23,723 bases of DNA from a virus (IMGVR_UViG_2606217111_000003), one strand, 5' to 3'; shown: positions 1-9,520, numbered from the stretch's first letter. Notes: generated from the letters alone by a model not told the origin. Numbers and translations are program-made.

Positions 1-115
1 TTGCTATCCCTCAAAACAGGGGGACACAAAAGACACTATTACAAAAGAAAAAAGAAAAGATTATTCGTCAGAGAATTCTGGCGAATCCTCTGACCAGCCA
101 GAAAACGACCTTTCT
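1..115. other. Partial lambda-type replication origin inside gene O: iteron-like inverted repeat (about 7-24, tccctcaaaacaggggga) followed by an A-rich unwinding tract (about 25-60) and the gaattc region
   Basis: Inverted-repeat iteron motif and A-rich tract lie in frame within the O coding sequence, as in ori-lambda; recognised from memory of the lambda sequence. Confidence 0.6.
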
Positions 116-490
116 GTGGTGAAACCGGATGCTGCAATTCAGAGCGGCAGCAAGTGGGGGACAGCAGAAGACCTGACCGCCGCAGAATGGATGTTTGACA
201 TGGTGAAGACCATCGCGCCATCAGCCAGAAAACCGAATTTTGCAGGGTGGGCTAACGATATCCGCCTGATGCGTGAACGTGACGGACGTAACCATCGCGA
301 CATGTGTGTACTGTTCCGCTGGGCATGCCAGGACAACTTCTGGTCCGGTAACGTGCTGAGCCCGGCCAAACTCCGCGACAAGTGGACCCAGCTCGAAATC
401 AACCGTAACAAGCAACAGGCAGGTGTGACAGCCTGCAAACCAAAACTCGACCTGACAAACACTGACTGGATTTACGGGGTGGATTTATGA
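2..490 (+). CDS. O: Replication initiator protein O, C-terminal part (5' end outside window)
   Basis: Frame 2 is open from the window edge; C-terminus ...NVLSPAKLRDKWTQLEINRNKQQAGV...TDWIYGVDL matches lambda O as I recall it; stop overlaps the P start (ATGA). Confidence 0.9.
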   Translation, partial: CYPSKQGDTKDTITKEKRKDYSSENSGESSDQPENDLSVVKPDAAIQSGSKWGTAEDLTAAEWMFDMVKTIAPSARKPNFAGWANDIRLMRERDGRNHRDMCVLFRWACQDNFWSGNVLSPAKLRDKWTQLEINRNKQQAGVTACKPKLDLTNTDWIYGVDL

Positions 491-1188
491 AAAACATCGC
501 CGCACAGATGGTTAATTTTGACCGTGAGCAGATGCGTCGGATCGCCAACAACATGCCGGAACAGTACGACGAAAAGCCGCAGGTACAACAGGTAGCGCAG
601 ATCATCAATGGTGTGTTCAGCCAGTTACTGGCAACTTTCCCGGCGAGCCTGGCTAACCGGGACCAGAACGAACTGAACGAAATCCGCCGCCAGTGGGTGC
701 TGGCTTTCCGGGAAAACGGGATCACCACAATGGAACAGGTTAACGCAGGAATGCGCGTAGCCCGTCGGCAGAATCGACCATTTCTGCCATCACCCGGGCA
801 GTTTGTTGCATGGTGCCGGGAAGAAGCATCCGTTATCGCCGGACTGCCAAACGTCAGCGAGCTGGTTGATATGGTTTACGAGTATTGCCGGAAGCGAGGC
901 CTGTATCCGGATGCGGAGTCTTATCCGTGGAAATCAAACGCGCACTACTGGCTGGTTACCAACCTGTATCAGAACATGCGGGCCAATGCGCTTACTGATG
1001 CGGAATTACGCCGTAAGGCCGCAGATGAGCTTGTCCATATGACTGCGAGAATTAACCATGGTGAGGCGATCCCTGAACCAGTAAAACAACTTCCTGTCAT
1101 GGGCGGTAGACCTCTAAATCGTGCACAGGCTCTGGCGAAGATCGCAGAAATCAAAGCTAAGTTCGGACTGAAAGGAGCAAGTGTATGA
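487..1188 (+). CDS. P: Replication protein P (DnaB helicase loader)
   Basis: 233 aa, MKNIAAQMVNFDREQMRRIANNMPEQYDEK... is essentially lambda P; start overlaps O stop. Confidence 0.95.
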   Translation: MKNIAAQMVNFDREQMRRIANNMPEQYDEKPQVQQVAQIINGVFSQLLATFPASLANRDQNELNEIRRQWVLAFRENGITTMEQVNAGMRVARRQNRPFLPSPGQFVAWCREEASVIAGLPNVSELVDMVYEYCRKRGLYPDAESYPWKSNAHYWLVTNLYQNMRANALTDAELRRKAADELVHMTARINHGEAIPEPVKQLPVMGGRPLNRAQALAKIAEIKAKFGLKGASV

Positions 1189-1475
1189 CGGGCAAAGAGG
1201 CAATTATTCATTACCTGGGGACGCATAATAGCTTCTGTGCGCCGGACGTTGCCGCGCTAACAGGCGCAACAGTAACCAGCATAAATCAGGCCGCGGCTAA
1301 AATGGCACGGGCAGGTCTTCTGGTTATCGAAGGTAAGGTCTGGCGAACGGTGTATTACCGGTTTGCTACCAGGGAAGAACGGGAAGGAAAGATGAGCACG
1401 AACCTGATTTTTAAGGAGTGTCGCCAGAGTGCCGCGATGAAACGGGTATTGGCGGTATATGGAGTTAAAAGATGA
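1185..1475 (+). CDS. ren: Ren protein (Rex exclusion resistance)
   Basis: 96 aa, MTGKEAIIHYLGTHNSFCAPDVAALTG... matches lambda Ren; ATGA overlap with P. Confidence 0.9.
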   Translation: MTGKEAIIHYLGTHNSFCAPDVAALTGATVTSINQAAAKMARAGLLVIEGKVWRTVYYRFATREEREGKMSTNLIFKECRQSAAMKRVLAVYGVKR

Positions 1476-1500
1476 CCATCTACATCACTGAGCTAATAAC

Positions 1501-1532
1501 AGGCCTGCTGGTAATCGCAGGCCTTTTTATTT
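1501..1532 (+). terminator. Intrinsic terminator (lambda tR2-like): 8-bp perfect stem aggcctgc/gcaggcct, 8-nt loop, then ttttattt
   Basis: Perfect GC-rich inverted repeat followed by a T-run between ren and ninB, the position of lambda tR2. Confidence 0.7.
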
Positions 1533-1548
1533 GGGGGAGAGGGAAGTC

Positions 1549-1989
1549 ATGAAAAAACTAACCTTTGAAATTCGATCTCCAGCACATCAGCAAAACGCTA
1601 TTCACGCGGTACAGCAAATTCTTCCAGACCCAACCAAACCAATCGTAGTAACCATTCAGGAACGCAACCGCAGCTTAGACCAGAATCGAAAGCTTTGGGC
1701 TTGCCTTGGTGACGTCTCTCGTCAGGTTGAATGGCATGGTCGCTGGCTGGATGCAGAAAGCTGGAAGTGTGTGTTTACCGCAGCATTAAAGCAGCAGGAT
1801 GTTGTTCCTAACCTTGCCGGGAATGGCTTTGTGGTAATAGGCCAGTCAACCAGCAGGATGCGTGTAAGCGAATTTGCGGAGCTATTAGAGCTTATACAGG
1901 CATTCGGTACAGAGCGTGGCGTTAAGTGGTCGGACGAAGCGCGACTGGCTCTCGAATGGAAAGCGCGATGGGGAGACAGGGCGGCATGA
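1549..1989 (+). CDS. ninB: NinB (Orf-family recombination mediator)
   Basis: [28 protein letters not shown]... (146 aa) matches lambda NinB; RBS gggagaggg upstream; the in-frame ATG at 1531 is a less likely start. Confidence 0.9.
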   Translation: MKKLTFEIRSPAHQQNAIHAVQQILPDPTKPIVVTIQERNRSLDQNRKLWACLGDVSRQVEWHGRWLDAESWKCVFTAALKQQDVVPNLAGNGFVVIGQSTSRMRVSEFAELLELIQAFGTERGVKWSDEARLALEWKARWGDRAA

Positions 1990-2168
1990 GACGACAGCGA
2001 CGAAGTATCACCGACATCATCTGCGAAAACTGCAAATACCTTCCAACGAAACGCTCCAGAAATAAACGCAAGCCAATCCCAAAAGAATCTGACGTAAAAA
2101 CCTTCAACTACACGGCTCACCTGTGGGATATCCGGTGGCTAAGACATCGTGCGAGGAATACAAGGTGA
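1986..2168 (+). CDS. ninE: NinE
   Basis: [60 protein letters not shown] matches lambda NinE; ATGA overlap with ninB stop. Confidence 0.85.
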   Translation: MRRQRRSITDIICENCKYLPTKRSRNKRKPIPKESDVKTFNYTAHLWDIRWLRHRARNTR

Positions 2169-2335
2169 TTGACCCAAATCGAAGTTACGAACAAGAAAGC
2201 GTCGAGCGGGCTTTAACGTGCGCTAATTGCGGTCAGAAGCTGCATGTGCTGGAAGTTCACGTGTGTGAGTACTGCTGTGCAGAGCTGATGAGCGATTCGA
2301 ATAGCTCGATGCACGAGGAAGAAGATGATGGCTAA
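2165..2335 (+). CDS. ninF: NinF (Cys-rich small protein)
   Basis: (V/M)[43 protein letters not shown]... matches lambda NinF; start taken as GTG at 2165 overlapping the ninE stop; in-frame ATG at 2123 is the alternative. Confidence 0.75.
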
Positions 2336-2939
2336 ACCAGCGCGAAGACGATGTAAAAACGATGAATGTCGGGAATGGTTTCACCCTGCATTCGCTAATC
2401 AGTGGTGGTGCTCTCCAGAGTGTGGAACCAAGATAGCACTCGAACGACGAAGTAAAGAACGCGAAAAAGCGGAAAAAGCAGCAGAGAAGAAACGACGACG
2501 AGAGGAGCAGAAACAGAAAGATAAACTTAAGATTAGAAAACTCGCCTTAAAGCCCCGCAGTTACTGGATTAAACAAGCCCAACAAGCCGTAAACGCCTTC
2601 ATCAGAGAAAGAGACCGCGACTTACCATGTATCTCTTGCGGAACGCTCACGTCTGCTCAGTGGGATGCCGGACATTACCGGACAACTGCTGCGGCACCTC
2701 AACTCCGATTTGATGAACGCAATATTCACAAGCAATGCGTGGTGTGCAACCAGCACAAAAGCGGAAATCTCGTTCCGTATCGCGTCGAACTGATTAGCCG
2801 CATCGGGCAGGAAGCAGTAGACGAAATCGAATCAAACCATAACCGCCATCGCTGGACTGTCGAAGAGTGCAGGGCCATCAAGGCGGAGTATCAGCAGAAA
2901 CTCAAAGACCTGCGAAACAGCAGAAGTGAGGCCGCATGA
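2325..2939 (+). CDS. ninG: NinG / Rap (Holliday-junction resolvase-like)
   Basis: 204 aa, [34 protein letters not shown]... matches lambda NinG. Confidence 0.9.
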
Positions 2940-2982
2940 CGTTCTCAGTAAAAACCATTCCAGATCACAAGGGAGAAGGCGC

Positions 2983-3471
2983 ATGGGCATAAGAGAACTA
3001 AACCTCACCAAAGAACAGCACGAGTGGCTGAATGGCTGGCTTGAACTGTGGGGCGCATGGGTTTATTCAGGTCGTCTGGAAAAGCGCATGAGCAGCGTAA
3101 TAGCTAAGTTCATGGAGAGCGTAGAGCCGGGAAGAGTTATGACAAGGCCAATGTGTAATGATGATGATGGAATGTTGATTTCTCAGGTCGTCGATTCCGT
3201 CATGTACATTGACAAGAAAGCCTTTGGCATCCTCCTCAGCTACTACGCCCACGGCTCTTCCAAGCACGCCATTGCATCTTACTATCATCGCGTCGCAAGA
3301 CCTCGCAAGATGTTATGCCGGGGCGGCGGGCGCATTCAAAAACCATCGCTCGCAACCTGTCGACGGGAAGTTGACGAAATCCTCAATGCCTCGTTGTTTA
3401 TGATTTACCCGGTTCTGGATAGTGCGTTTAAAAACCGGAAACGTGTAGAGAAAATTAAACATGTAGCATAG
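2983..3471 (+). CDS. Q: Late-gene antiterminator Q, non-lambda type (P22 gp23 / phage-21-or-82-like family)
   Basis: 162 aa from ATG 2983 with RBS gggagaagg; WLELWGAWVYSGR and Cys/His-rich core resemble the antitermination-Q family; sits between nin genes and the lysis cassette; not similar to lambda Q. Confidence 0.75.
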   Translation: MGIRELNLTKEQHEWLNGWLELWGAWVYSGRLEKRMSSVIAKFMESVEPGRVMTRPMCNDDDGMLISQVVDSVMYIDKKAFGILLSYYAHGSSKHAIASYYHRVARPRKMLCRGGGRIQKPSLATCRREVDEILNASLFMIYPVLDSAFKNRKRVEKIKHVA

Positions 3472-3477
3472 AACGTG

Positions 3478-3506
3478 TTGACATCATTGAGCAAATGAGC
3501 AACACT
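3478..3506 (+). promoter_or_regulatory. Candidate late promoter (PR'-like): ttgaca -35 with a weak -10 about 17 nt downstream
   Basis: Consensus ttgaca hexamer 7 nt after the Q stop; the -10 match is poor; position is right for the Q-modified late promoter. Confidence 0.3.
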
Positions 3507-3516
3507 ATTCGCATAA

Positions 3517-3559
3517 GCTGCCGTTAGTGACTCTTAAGTTGCAACGGTGGCTTTTTTTA
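3517..3559 (+). terminator. Candidate tR'-like intrinsic terminator (stem 3517-3525/3543-3551 with two G-U pairs, then ttttttta)
   Basis: Hairpin followed by a 7-T run just downstream of the candidate late promoter. Confidence 0.45.
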
Positions 3560-3562
3560 TTT

Positions 3563-3637
3563 GGGTCAGTCGTATAAAGGTCATTACGGAAGGCTGTTAA
3601 CCTTCTTATCGTGGTTCGAGTCCACGCTGTCCCGCCA
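3563..3637 (+). tRNA. tRNA-like gene, anticodon loop ctGTTaa (Asn-type), non-canonical (one U-U mismatch in acceptor stem, 3-bp D-stem); possibly a degenerate or phage-specific tRNA
   Basis: Hand-folded cloverleaf: acceptor gggtcag/ctgtccc, perfect anticodon stem gaagg/ccttc, T-arm cgtgg-ttcgagt-ccacg, 3' gCCA encoded. Confidence 0.5.
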
Positions 3638-3642
3638 AATAT

Positions 3643-3718
3643 GCTGGTTTAGCTCCAATGGTAGAGCGGTCGCCTTGTAAGCGAATGGGTAGCGGTTCAA
3701 GTCCGTTAACCAGCACCA
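3643..3718 (+). tRNA. tRNA gene, anticodon TGT (Thr-type)
   Basis: Hand-folded cloverleaf: perfect acceptor gctggtt/aaccagc, D-arm gctc-caatggta-gagc, anticodon loop ctTGTaa, T-arm agcgg-ttcaagt-ccgtt, discriminator A and CCA encoded. Confidence 0.65.
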
Positions 3719-3836
3719 TAACTGAGCCGTAGCCACTGGATGTCCTGAATTCATCAGTGATAGTTATGCTGCGGTCTTCTTTTTCTCCCTTCCCAATATA
3801 AGAACTACGCAATCCGTTACTGGCGGAGGCGTTGCT

Positions 3837-4052
3837 ATGAAATCAATGGACAAAATCTCAACTGGCATTGCCTACGGAACATCCGCTGGTAGTGCGGGAT
3901 ACTGGTTTTTGCAGTGGTTGGATCAGGTCAGTCCATCACAGTGGGCTGCGATTGGGGTGCTTGGAAGCCTTGTGTTGGGCTTTCTCACCTATCTGACAAA
4001 TCTGTACTTCAAAATCAGAGAAGACAGAAGAAAGGCTGCGAGAGGTGAATAA
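3837..4052 (+). CDS. S: Pinholin S (phage-21 S21 type) with dual start (Met1 antiholin, Met4 holin)
   Basis: 71 aa, [71 protein letters not shown]; two TM segments; RBS ggcggagg. Confidence 0.9.
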   Translation: MKSMDKISTGIAYGTSAGSAGYWFLQWLDQVSPSQWAAIGVLGSLVLGFLTYLTNLYFKIREDRRKAARGE

Positions 4053-4549
4053 TGCCTCCATCATTACGAAAAGCCGTTGCTGCGGCTATTGGTGGCGGGG
4101 CTATTGCTATAGCATCTGTGTTAATCACTGGCCCAAGTGGTAACGATGGTCTGGAAGGCGTCAGCTACATACCATATAAAGATATCGTTGGTGTATGGAC
4201 TGTATGTTACGGGCATACCGGAAAAGACATTATGCTCGGTAAAACGTATACCGAAGCAGAATGCAAAGCCCTCCTGAATAAAGACCTTGCCACTGTCGCC
4301 AGACAAATTAACCCGTACATCAAAGTCGATATACCGGAAACAACGCGCGGCGCTCTTTACTCGTTCGTTTACAACGTTGGTGCTGGAAATTTCAGAACAT
4401 CGACGCTTCTTCGCAAAATAAACCAGGGCGATATCAAAGGCGCATGTGATCAGCTACGGCGCTGGACATACGCTGGCGGTAAGCAATGGAAAGGGCTGAT
4501 GACTCGCCGTGAGATTGAGCGTGAAGTCTGTTTGTGGGGGCAACAATGA
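4052..4549 (+). CDS. R: SAR endolysin (phage-21 R21-type lysozyme with N-terminal signal-anchor-release domain)
   Basis: N-terminal Gly/Ala-rich weakly hydrophobic segment [20 protein letters not shown] followed by a lysozyme-like domain; start overlaps the S stop. Confidence 0.9.
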   Translation: MPPSLRKAVAAAIGGGAIAIASVLITGPSGNDGLEGVSYIPYKDIVGVWTVCYGHTGKDIMLGKTYTEAECKALLNKDLATVARQINPYIKVDIPETTRGALYSFVYNVGAGNFRTSTLLRKINQGDIKGACDQLRRWTYAGGKQWKGLMTRREIEREVCLWGQQ

Positions 4550-4983
4550 GTAGAGTAACCGTGATTATCTCCGCTCTGGTTATCTGCATCATCGTCTGCC
4601 TGTCATGGGCTGTTAATCATTACCGTGATAACGCCATGACCTACAAAGAACAGCGCGATAAAGCCACATCCATCATCGCTGATATGCAGAAGCGTCAACG
4701 TGATGTAGCAGAACTCGACGCAAGATATACAAAGGAACTTGCTGATGCTAACGCGACTATCGAAAGTCTCCGTGCTGATGTTTCTGCTGGGCGTAAGCGC
4801 CTGCAAGTCGCCGCCACCTGTGCAAAGTCAACGACCGGAGCCAGCAGCATGGGCGATGGAGAAAGCCCAAGACTTACAGCAGATGCTGAACTCAATTATT
4901 ACCGTCTCCGAAGTGGAATCGACAGGATAACCGCGCAGGTTAACTACTTGCAGGAATACATCAGGACGCAATGCCTTCGATGA
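4546..4983 (+). CDS. Rz: Rz i-spanin
   Basis: [30 protein letters not shown]... N-terminal TM then coiled-coil, lambda Rz-like; ATGA overlap with R. Confidence 0.85.
   Translation: MSRVTVIISALVICIIVCLSWAVNHYRDNAMTYKEQRDKATSIIADMQKRQRDVAELDARYTKELADANATIESLRADVSAGRKRLQVAATCAKSTTGASSMGDGESPRLTADAELNYYRLRSGIDRITAQVNYLQEYIRTQCLR
4739..4930 (+). CDS. Rz1: Rz1 o-spanin (outer-membrane lipoprotein) embedded in the +1 frame of Rz
   Basis: Signal peptide plus lipobox LLGVSAC, Pro-rich mature part, fully nested in Rz. Confidence 0.8.
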   Translation: MLMLTRLSKVSVLMFLLGVSACKSPPPVQSQRPEPAAWAMEKAQDLQQMLNSIITVSEVESTG

Positions 4984-5425
4984 TAGCGATAATTTTACTC
5001 ATCATCCTTCACATCTGGCTCTGTAGACAGGGTGGTGATCACTTCTGGAGTGAATCCAGATTAAACATCTCATTGCTGATGCTTGAAGTTGAGCATCTGG
5101 CGCGCGGTAAGGGGCTGCGTTGAGATAAGAGCCAGTTCATTACAAAGCCTATCTACGGGTGGGCTTGATAATGAAACCGGAATTTATTCTGGGCAACCAG
5201 TTACGGCAGTACAGCGAAACAACCCAAGCCAGTAAGTGGGGAAATAACACTGGCAGCCACTGAAAGATGAACCTCCAGCCTTATGGCAAAAAAGATTCTT
5301 TGTGGTGGCGGACTGATGGAAAGACATCGGTTATTGCAGAGACCATTCAATGAGTGGTCTCGACAATGGCTTATATCCTGCTAAGAGTGATTAACTGGGT
5401 GGCAAAAGTTCACCACCAACATCAA

Positions 5426-5857
5426 TTAGATTAAATTATTTCGATAAGCAGAATCGATTAGAGCGTTCATAAAGAGATACTCAACATCTTCGGTATAGTC
5501 GATGTCTATTGGAGCTGTTGAGTCAAGCGCCCCAAAATGCATGCAATTGTTCCAATCAAGAAAAATTTTATGAAACTCCTGTTTTTTTCCATCTCGCGAT
5601 GTGTAAAAAGTAATAACCCCAATTAATGAGCCTTCGTGAAGTGAAAGCTTACTTTCTGTAAAACACTTAAAGCGTAGCTGTGGAATTGAAACCTCAAGCT
5701 CTCCATCATTTAGCTCTATGGAAATTTGCTTATTAAGGTCTCGTTTGTTATTCCATGCGGTGTTAACACGTTCTAATAAATCATTCGTATTTTGCTGTAA
5801 TAACTCACCTTTCCTAGAAAGTAACTGTGACAATCCGATAAACGTTAATGAGCTCAT
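5426..5857 (-). CDS. Hypothetical protein (143 aa), AT-rich antisense gene between lysis cassette and terminase; function unknown
   Basis: Only sizeable ORF on the minus strand not nested in a + gene; clearly AT-richer than flanks; aaggtg Shine-Dalgarno before ATG 5857 (longer form from 5884 would overlap terS); same position and orientation as lambda bor but no sequence resemblance. Confidence 0.6.
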   Translation of the reverse strand: MSSLTFIGLSQLLSRKGELLQQNTNDLLERVNTAWNNKRDLNKQISIELNDGELEVSIPQLRFKCFTESKLSLHEGSLIGVITFYTSRDGKKQEFHKIFLDWNNCMHFGALDSTAPIDIDYTEDVEYLFMNALIDSAYRNNLI

Positions 5858-5877
5858 AAATTCACCTTTGAGAAAAA

Positions 5878-6429
5878 ATGGCACTCACAGACAAGCAAGA
5901 GATGTTCTGTCGCGAGTACCTCATCGATTTAAACGCCACGCAAGCGGCTATTCGGGCGGGGTACAGCGCAAAAACAGCCAACCGTACCGCATCCGAAAAC
6001 CTGTCAAAACCTGACATCAAGTTAAGAATCGCCGAACTGAAAGCGCAACGCAATGATCTTGTTGGTATTAATGCAGAATATGTACTTAATCGCCTTATTG
6101 AAATCGACCAGATGGATGTGCTTGACATTCTCCTGCAAAACGGTGAGCTAAAACCCATTAAAGACTGGCCTAAGGTATGGCGCACAACGTTATCAGGAAT
6201 GGATGTCGTGGAGATGGCATCCGCAGATAGCGCCGCACTTCTGAAGAAAATCAAATGGCCTGATAAGGTTAAAAACCTTGAGTTGCTCGGGCGTCATGTT
6301 TCTGTTCAGGCGTTTAAAGACAATGTCAAAAATGAAGTGACTGGTGCTGACGGAGGACCAGTCAGAACAGAAATTACCAACTTAACGCCGGAGCAGGTTG
6401 CAGAAGCGTATAGAAAAATGATGGGCTAA
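5878..6429 (+). CDS. Terminase small subunit
   Basis: 183 aa, N-terminus [34 protein letters not shown] typical of small terminase HTH domains; directly precedes the large terminase. Confidence 0.85.
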   Translation: MALTDKQEMFCREYLIDLNATQAAIRAGYSAKTANRTASENLSKPDIKLRIAELKAQRNDLVGINAEYVLNRLIEIDQMDVLDILLQNGELKPIKDWPKVWRTTLSGMDVVEMASADSAALLKKIKWPDKVKNLELLGRHVSVQAFKDNVKNEVTGADGGPVRTEITNLTPEQVAEAYRKMMG

Positions 6430-6431
6430 GT

Positions 6432-8054
6432 ATGCCGTTACCATTCCCCTTCGATTTTAAAAATCCTGATTACCAGATGGTTTTTGAATGGCGGATGGAA
6501 CGCTTACAGCGCATTCGCCAGAACCCTGAAATATTGCCAGCACTAAAACAGTTTTACCGAACCAATCCGGCTCAGTTCATCATCGACTGGGGCATGACAA
6601 CGGACCCGCGTAATATTGATTATGGCCTGCCGGTGACCATTCCGTTTTTACTCTTCCCTAAGCAGGAGGAGTGGATCCACTGGATTATGGAACGCTGGAG
6701 CAATCGGGAGAATGGTATTACCGAAAAATCCCGTGAAATGGGGCTCAGTTGGACCGCGATCGGACTGGCATGCTCGCTTTGTCTCTTCAACAAAGAAATG
6801 GTTATCGGTTTTGGCTCCCGTAAAGAGGAATACGTCGACAGCACTGGTGACCCGAAAGCATTGTTCTGGAAGGCGCGCAAGTTCGTGGAAACGCTACCTG
6901 TAGAGTTTCGCGGTTCGTGGAGTGAGAAGAAGCACGCGCCATATATGCGTGTTGAGTTTCCTGAAACTGGTGCCGTTATCAAAGGCGAGGCTGGCGATAA
7001 TATTGGTCGTGGTGACCGTACCACGCTTTATCTGGTTGATGAGGCTGCATTCCTTCAGCGTCCTCTGCTGATTGATGCGGCGTTGTCACAAACGACGCGT
7101 TGCCGTATCGACCTGAGTTCAGTTAACGGCATGGCTAACCCGTTCGCTCAGAAGCGTCATGGCGGGAAGATACCGGTATTCACATTCCACTGGCGGGATG
7201 ATCCTCGCAAGGATGAAGAGTGGTATCGCAGGGAATGCGAGAAAATCGATAATCCGGTGGTGGTGGCACAGGAACTTGATCTGAACTACAGCGCATCAGC
7301 GGAAGGCGTCCTGATTCCATCCGAATGGGTACAGGCTGCCGTTGATGCGCATATCAGACTGGGTATCCAGCCAACAGGCAAACGACTTGGCGCGATGGAT
7401 GTCGCTGATGAAGGCAGGGACAAAAATGCCTTTTCCACCCGTCATGGCTTCCTCCTGGAAAATGTGCGGGAATGGTCCGGTGTGGGCAGCGACATTTATC
7501 AGTCCGTCGAGAAGGTTTTCGGCTTTTGCGAACAGGACAACCTCGAAGAGTTTCGCTTTGACGAGGACGGGCTGGGCGCTGGCGTTCGCGGCGATGCACG
7601 CGCTATCAACGAACTGCGTAACGCTGCGCGTCGACCGTCAATACTTGCCACACCGTTTCGAGGTAGTGGCGCGGTATTTGATCCGGATGATGAAGCTGTT
7701 CGCGGGGACAACGGGCAAGCCGCACGTCTGAACAAGGACTTCTTCGCTAACGCCAAAGCCCAGAGCTGGTGGCGGTTACGTAAACTTTTTCAGAATACCT
7801 GGCGCGCCGTGGTTGAAGGTATGGCTTACAACCCGGACGAAATCATCTCAATCAGCAGTAGCATGGCACTCAAAGATAAACTCATCATCGAGCTTTCGCA
7901 GCCGACCTATTCCATTAATGGTGTGGGAAAAATAGTTATTGATAAACAGCCTGATGGAACCCGATCGCCAAACCTTGCCGACTCGGTGATGATCAACTAT
8001 GCCCCAATGAATTCAGCCCTGAACATCTGGGAGCTGCTAGGGAGACAGGCCTGA
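6432..8054 (+). CDS. Terminase large subunit
   Basis: 540 aa; Walker-B-like LYLVDEAAF; size and position between terS and portal. Confidence 0.85.
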   Translation: MPLPFPFDFKNPDYQMVFEWRMERLQRIRQNPEILPALKQFYRTNPAQFIIDWGMTTDPRNIDYGLPVTIPFLLFPKQEEWIHWIMERWSNRENGITEKSREMGLSWTAIGLACSLCLFNKEMVIGFGSRKEEYVDSTGDPKALFWKARKFVETLPVEFRGSWSEKKHAPYMRVEFPETGAVIKGEAGDNIGRGDRTTLYLVDEAAFLQRPLLIDAALSQTTRCRIDLSSVNGMANPFAQKRHGGKIPVFTFHWRDDPRKDEEWYRRECEKIDNPVVVAQELDLNYSASAEGVLIPSEWVQAAVDAHIRLGIQPTGKRLGAMDVADEGRDKNAFSTRHGFLLENVREWSGVGSDIYQSVEKVFGFCEQDNLEEFRFDEDGLGAGVRGDARAINELRNAARRPSILATPFRGSGAVFDPDDEAVRGDNGQAARLNKDFFANAKAQSWWRLRKLFQNTWRAVVEGMAYNPDEIISISSSMALKDKLIIELSQPTYSINGVGKIVIDKQPDGTRSPNLADSVMINYAPMNSALNIWELLGRQA

Positions 8055-9520
8055 TGGCACGAAACAAACAAGCCCTGCGGCGAACTGCGCAGGCCACAGC
8101 TGATGGTTATGAGAATTTTATTGCCCGCGTAGGGATGCAGACAACTAACCAGCACTCAGCATCCACCTACCGGGCTAATTTCACCAGTCGTAACCGCATG
8201 CTGGTGGAATGGTCCTATCGTTCGTCCTGGATCATCGGCGAAGCGGTCGATGCTATCCCGGATGATATGACCCGCAAAGGCATTCGCATCACTTCGGAAA
8301 TTGATGCAAAAGATCGCGGCATTCTCGAATCACAACTGGATGAGTTGCAAATCTGGGATGCGCTGAATGACGTGCTGAAATGGTCGCGCCTCTACGGCGG
8401 CGCGGTGGGTTTCATCATGATTGAGGGGCAGGCACCAATGACCCCGCTGCGACCCGAAACCATCGGTAAGGGCAAGTTTAAGGGGATTCTCCCGCTCGAC
8501 CGCTGGATGATTGACCCGGTACTGACCCGCCGCATTAAAGATATGGGGCCGGACCTGGGTAAACCTGAGTTTTACGATGTGGTGACCACAGCAACGGGAA
8601 TTCCTGCCTGGCGCATTCATCACAGTCGACTGATTCGCTTTGATGGCGTCACGCTGCCATTTCAGCAGAAGATGACCGAGAACGAATGGGGAATGTCGGT
8701 TGTAGAGCGTATCTGGGATCGTCTTACCGCGTTCGACAGCGCTACTGTCGGCGCGGCGCAGCTGGTCTACAAAGCGCATTTGCGTACCTACAGCGTGGAG
8801 AAGCTACGCGAGCTTATCGCACTTGGTGGTCCTGCGTATGAAGCGTTGCTGAAGAATATTGACCTGATTCGACAGTTCCAGAGCAATGAAGGCATGACTC
8901 TCATGGACTCGCGGGATAAGTTTGAAACCCATCAGTACAGCTTCAGTGGTCTGGATGACATCCTTTCACAGTTTGCAGAACAGATTAGTGGCGCTGTTGG
9001 TATCCCACTGGTGCGGTTGTTCGGACAGTCCCCGAAGGGATTTTCTACCGGCGATGCAGACCTTGCCAACTATTACGACCGGGTAAGCTCGTTGCAGGAG
9101 AGGCGTTTACGTCTTCCGGTGCGGCGGATACTGGACATCATGCATCGTTCGGAGCTTGGCAAGCCGCTGCCGGACGATTTCACGTTTGAGTTTAACCCGC
9201 TCTGGCAAATGTCTGATGTCGATCGCTCAACGGTGGCGTTAAACACTACCAACGCAATCAGTACAGCGCTGGGTGATGGTCTGATGACACTGAAAGCCGC
9301 TATGACTGATTTGCGAGAAAATTCTGACGTAACCGGCATCGGGGCATCCATTACCGACGAGGACATAGAGAATGCCGAAGACGAAGCGCCGCCCGGCATC
9401 GGCGAACCTGATGACGAACCGCAGGAACCGTCAGGCGGAAATCCGGTATCGAACCAGCCTACGCAGGATAGCGCGGGCGGTAGGGGACATCGTAAATGGT
9501 CACTACGATGGTTCAAATGA
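8054..9520 (+). CDS. Portal protein
   Basis: 488 aa directly after the terminase with ATGA coupling; acidic C-terminal tail. Confidence 0.8.
   Translation: MARNKQALRRTAQATADGYENFIARVGMQTTNQHSASTYRANFTSRNRMLVEWSYRSSWIIGEAVDAIPDDMTRKGIRITSEIDAKDRGILESQLDELQIWDALNDVLKWSRLYGGAVGFIMIEGQAPMTPLRPETIGKGKFKGILPLDRWMIDPVLTRRIKDMGPDLGKPEFYDVVTTATGIPAWRIHHSRLIRFDGVTLPFQQKMTENEWGMSVVERIWDRLTAFDSATVGAAQLVYKAHLRTYSVEKLRELIALGGPAYEALLKNIDLIRQFQSNEGMTLMDSRDKFETHQYSFSGLDDILSQFAEQISGAVGIPLVRLFGQSPKGFSTGDADLANYYDRVSSLQERRLRLPVRRILDIMHRSELGKPLPDDFTFEFNPLWQMSDVDRSTVALNTTNAISTALGDGLMTLKAAMTDLRENSDVTGIGASITDEDIENAEDEAPPGIGEPDDEPQEPSGGNPVSNQPTQDSAGGRGHRKWSLRWFK

Noticed and set aside
139-728. Minus-strand ORFs (107-109 aa) inside O and P
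   Set aside because: Fully antisense to genes with near-identical lambda protein matches; typical shadow ORFs in GC-rich coding DNA.
1472-1552. 26-codon hydrophobic micro-ORF ([26 protein letters not shown]) between ren and ninB
   Set aside because: It is made of the tR2 hairpin and T-run, which incidentally encode Leu/Ile/Phe; no independent support.
2123-2164. Longer ninF form starting at ATG 2123 (70 aa)
   Set aside because: Would overlap ninE by 46 nt; the conserved NinF N-terminus begins at the IDPNRSY segment, so GTG 2165 is preferred. Kept as alternative.
3606-3812. 68-aa minus-strand ORF
   Set aside because: Overlaps both tRNA-like genes and has no start context.
3472-3836. Checked the Q-to-S interval for toxin cargo (for example Shiga-toxin genes)
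   Set aside because: The interval is only about 365 bp and is filled by the promoter/terminator region and the two tRNA-like genes; no protein-coding cargo fits.
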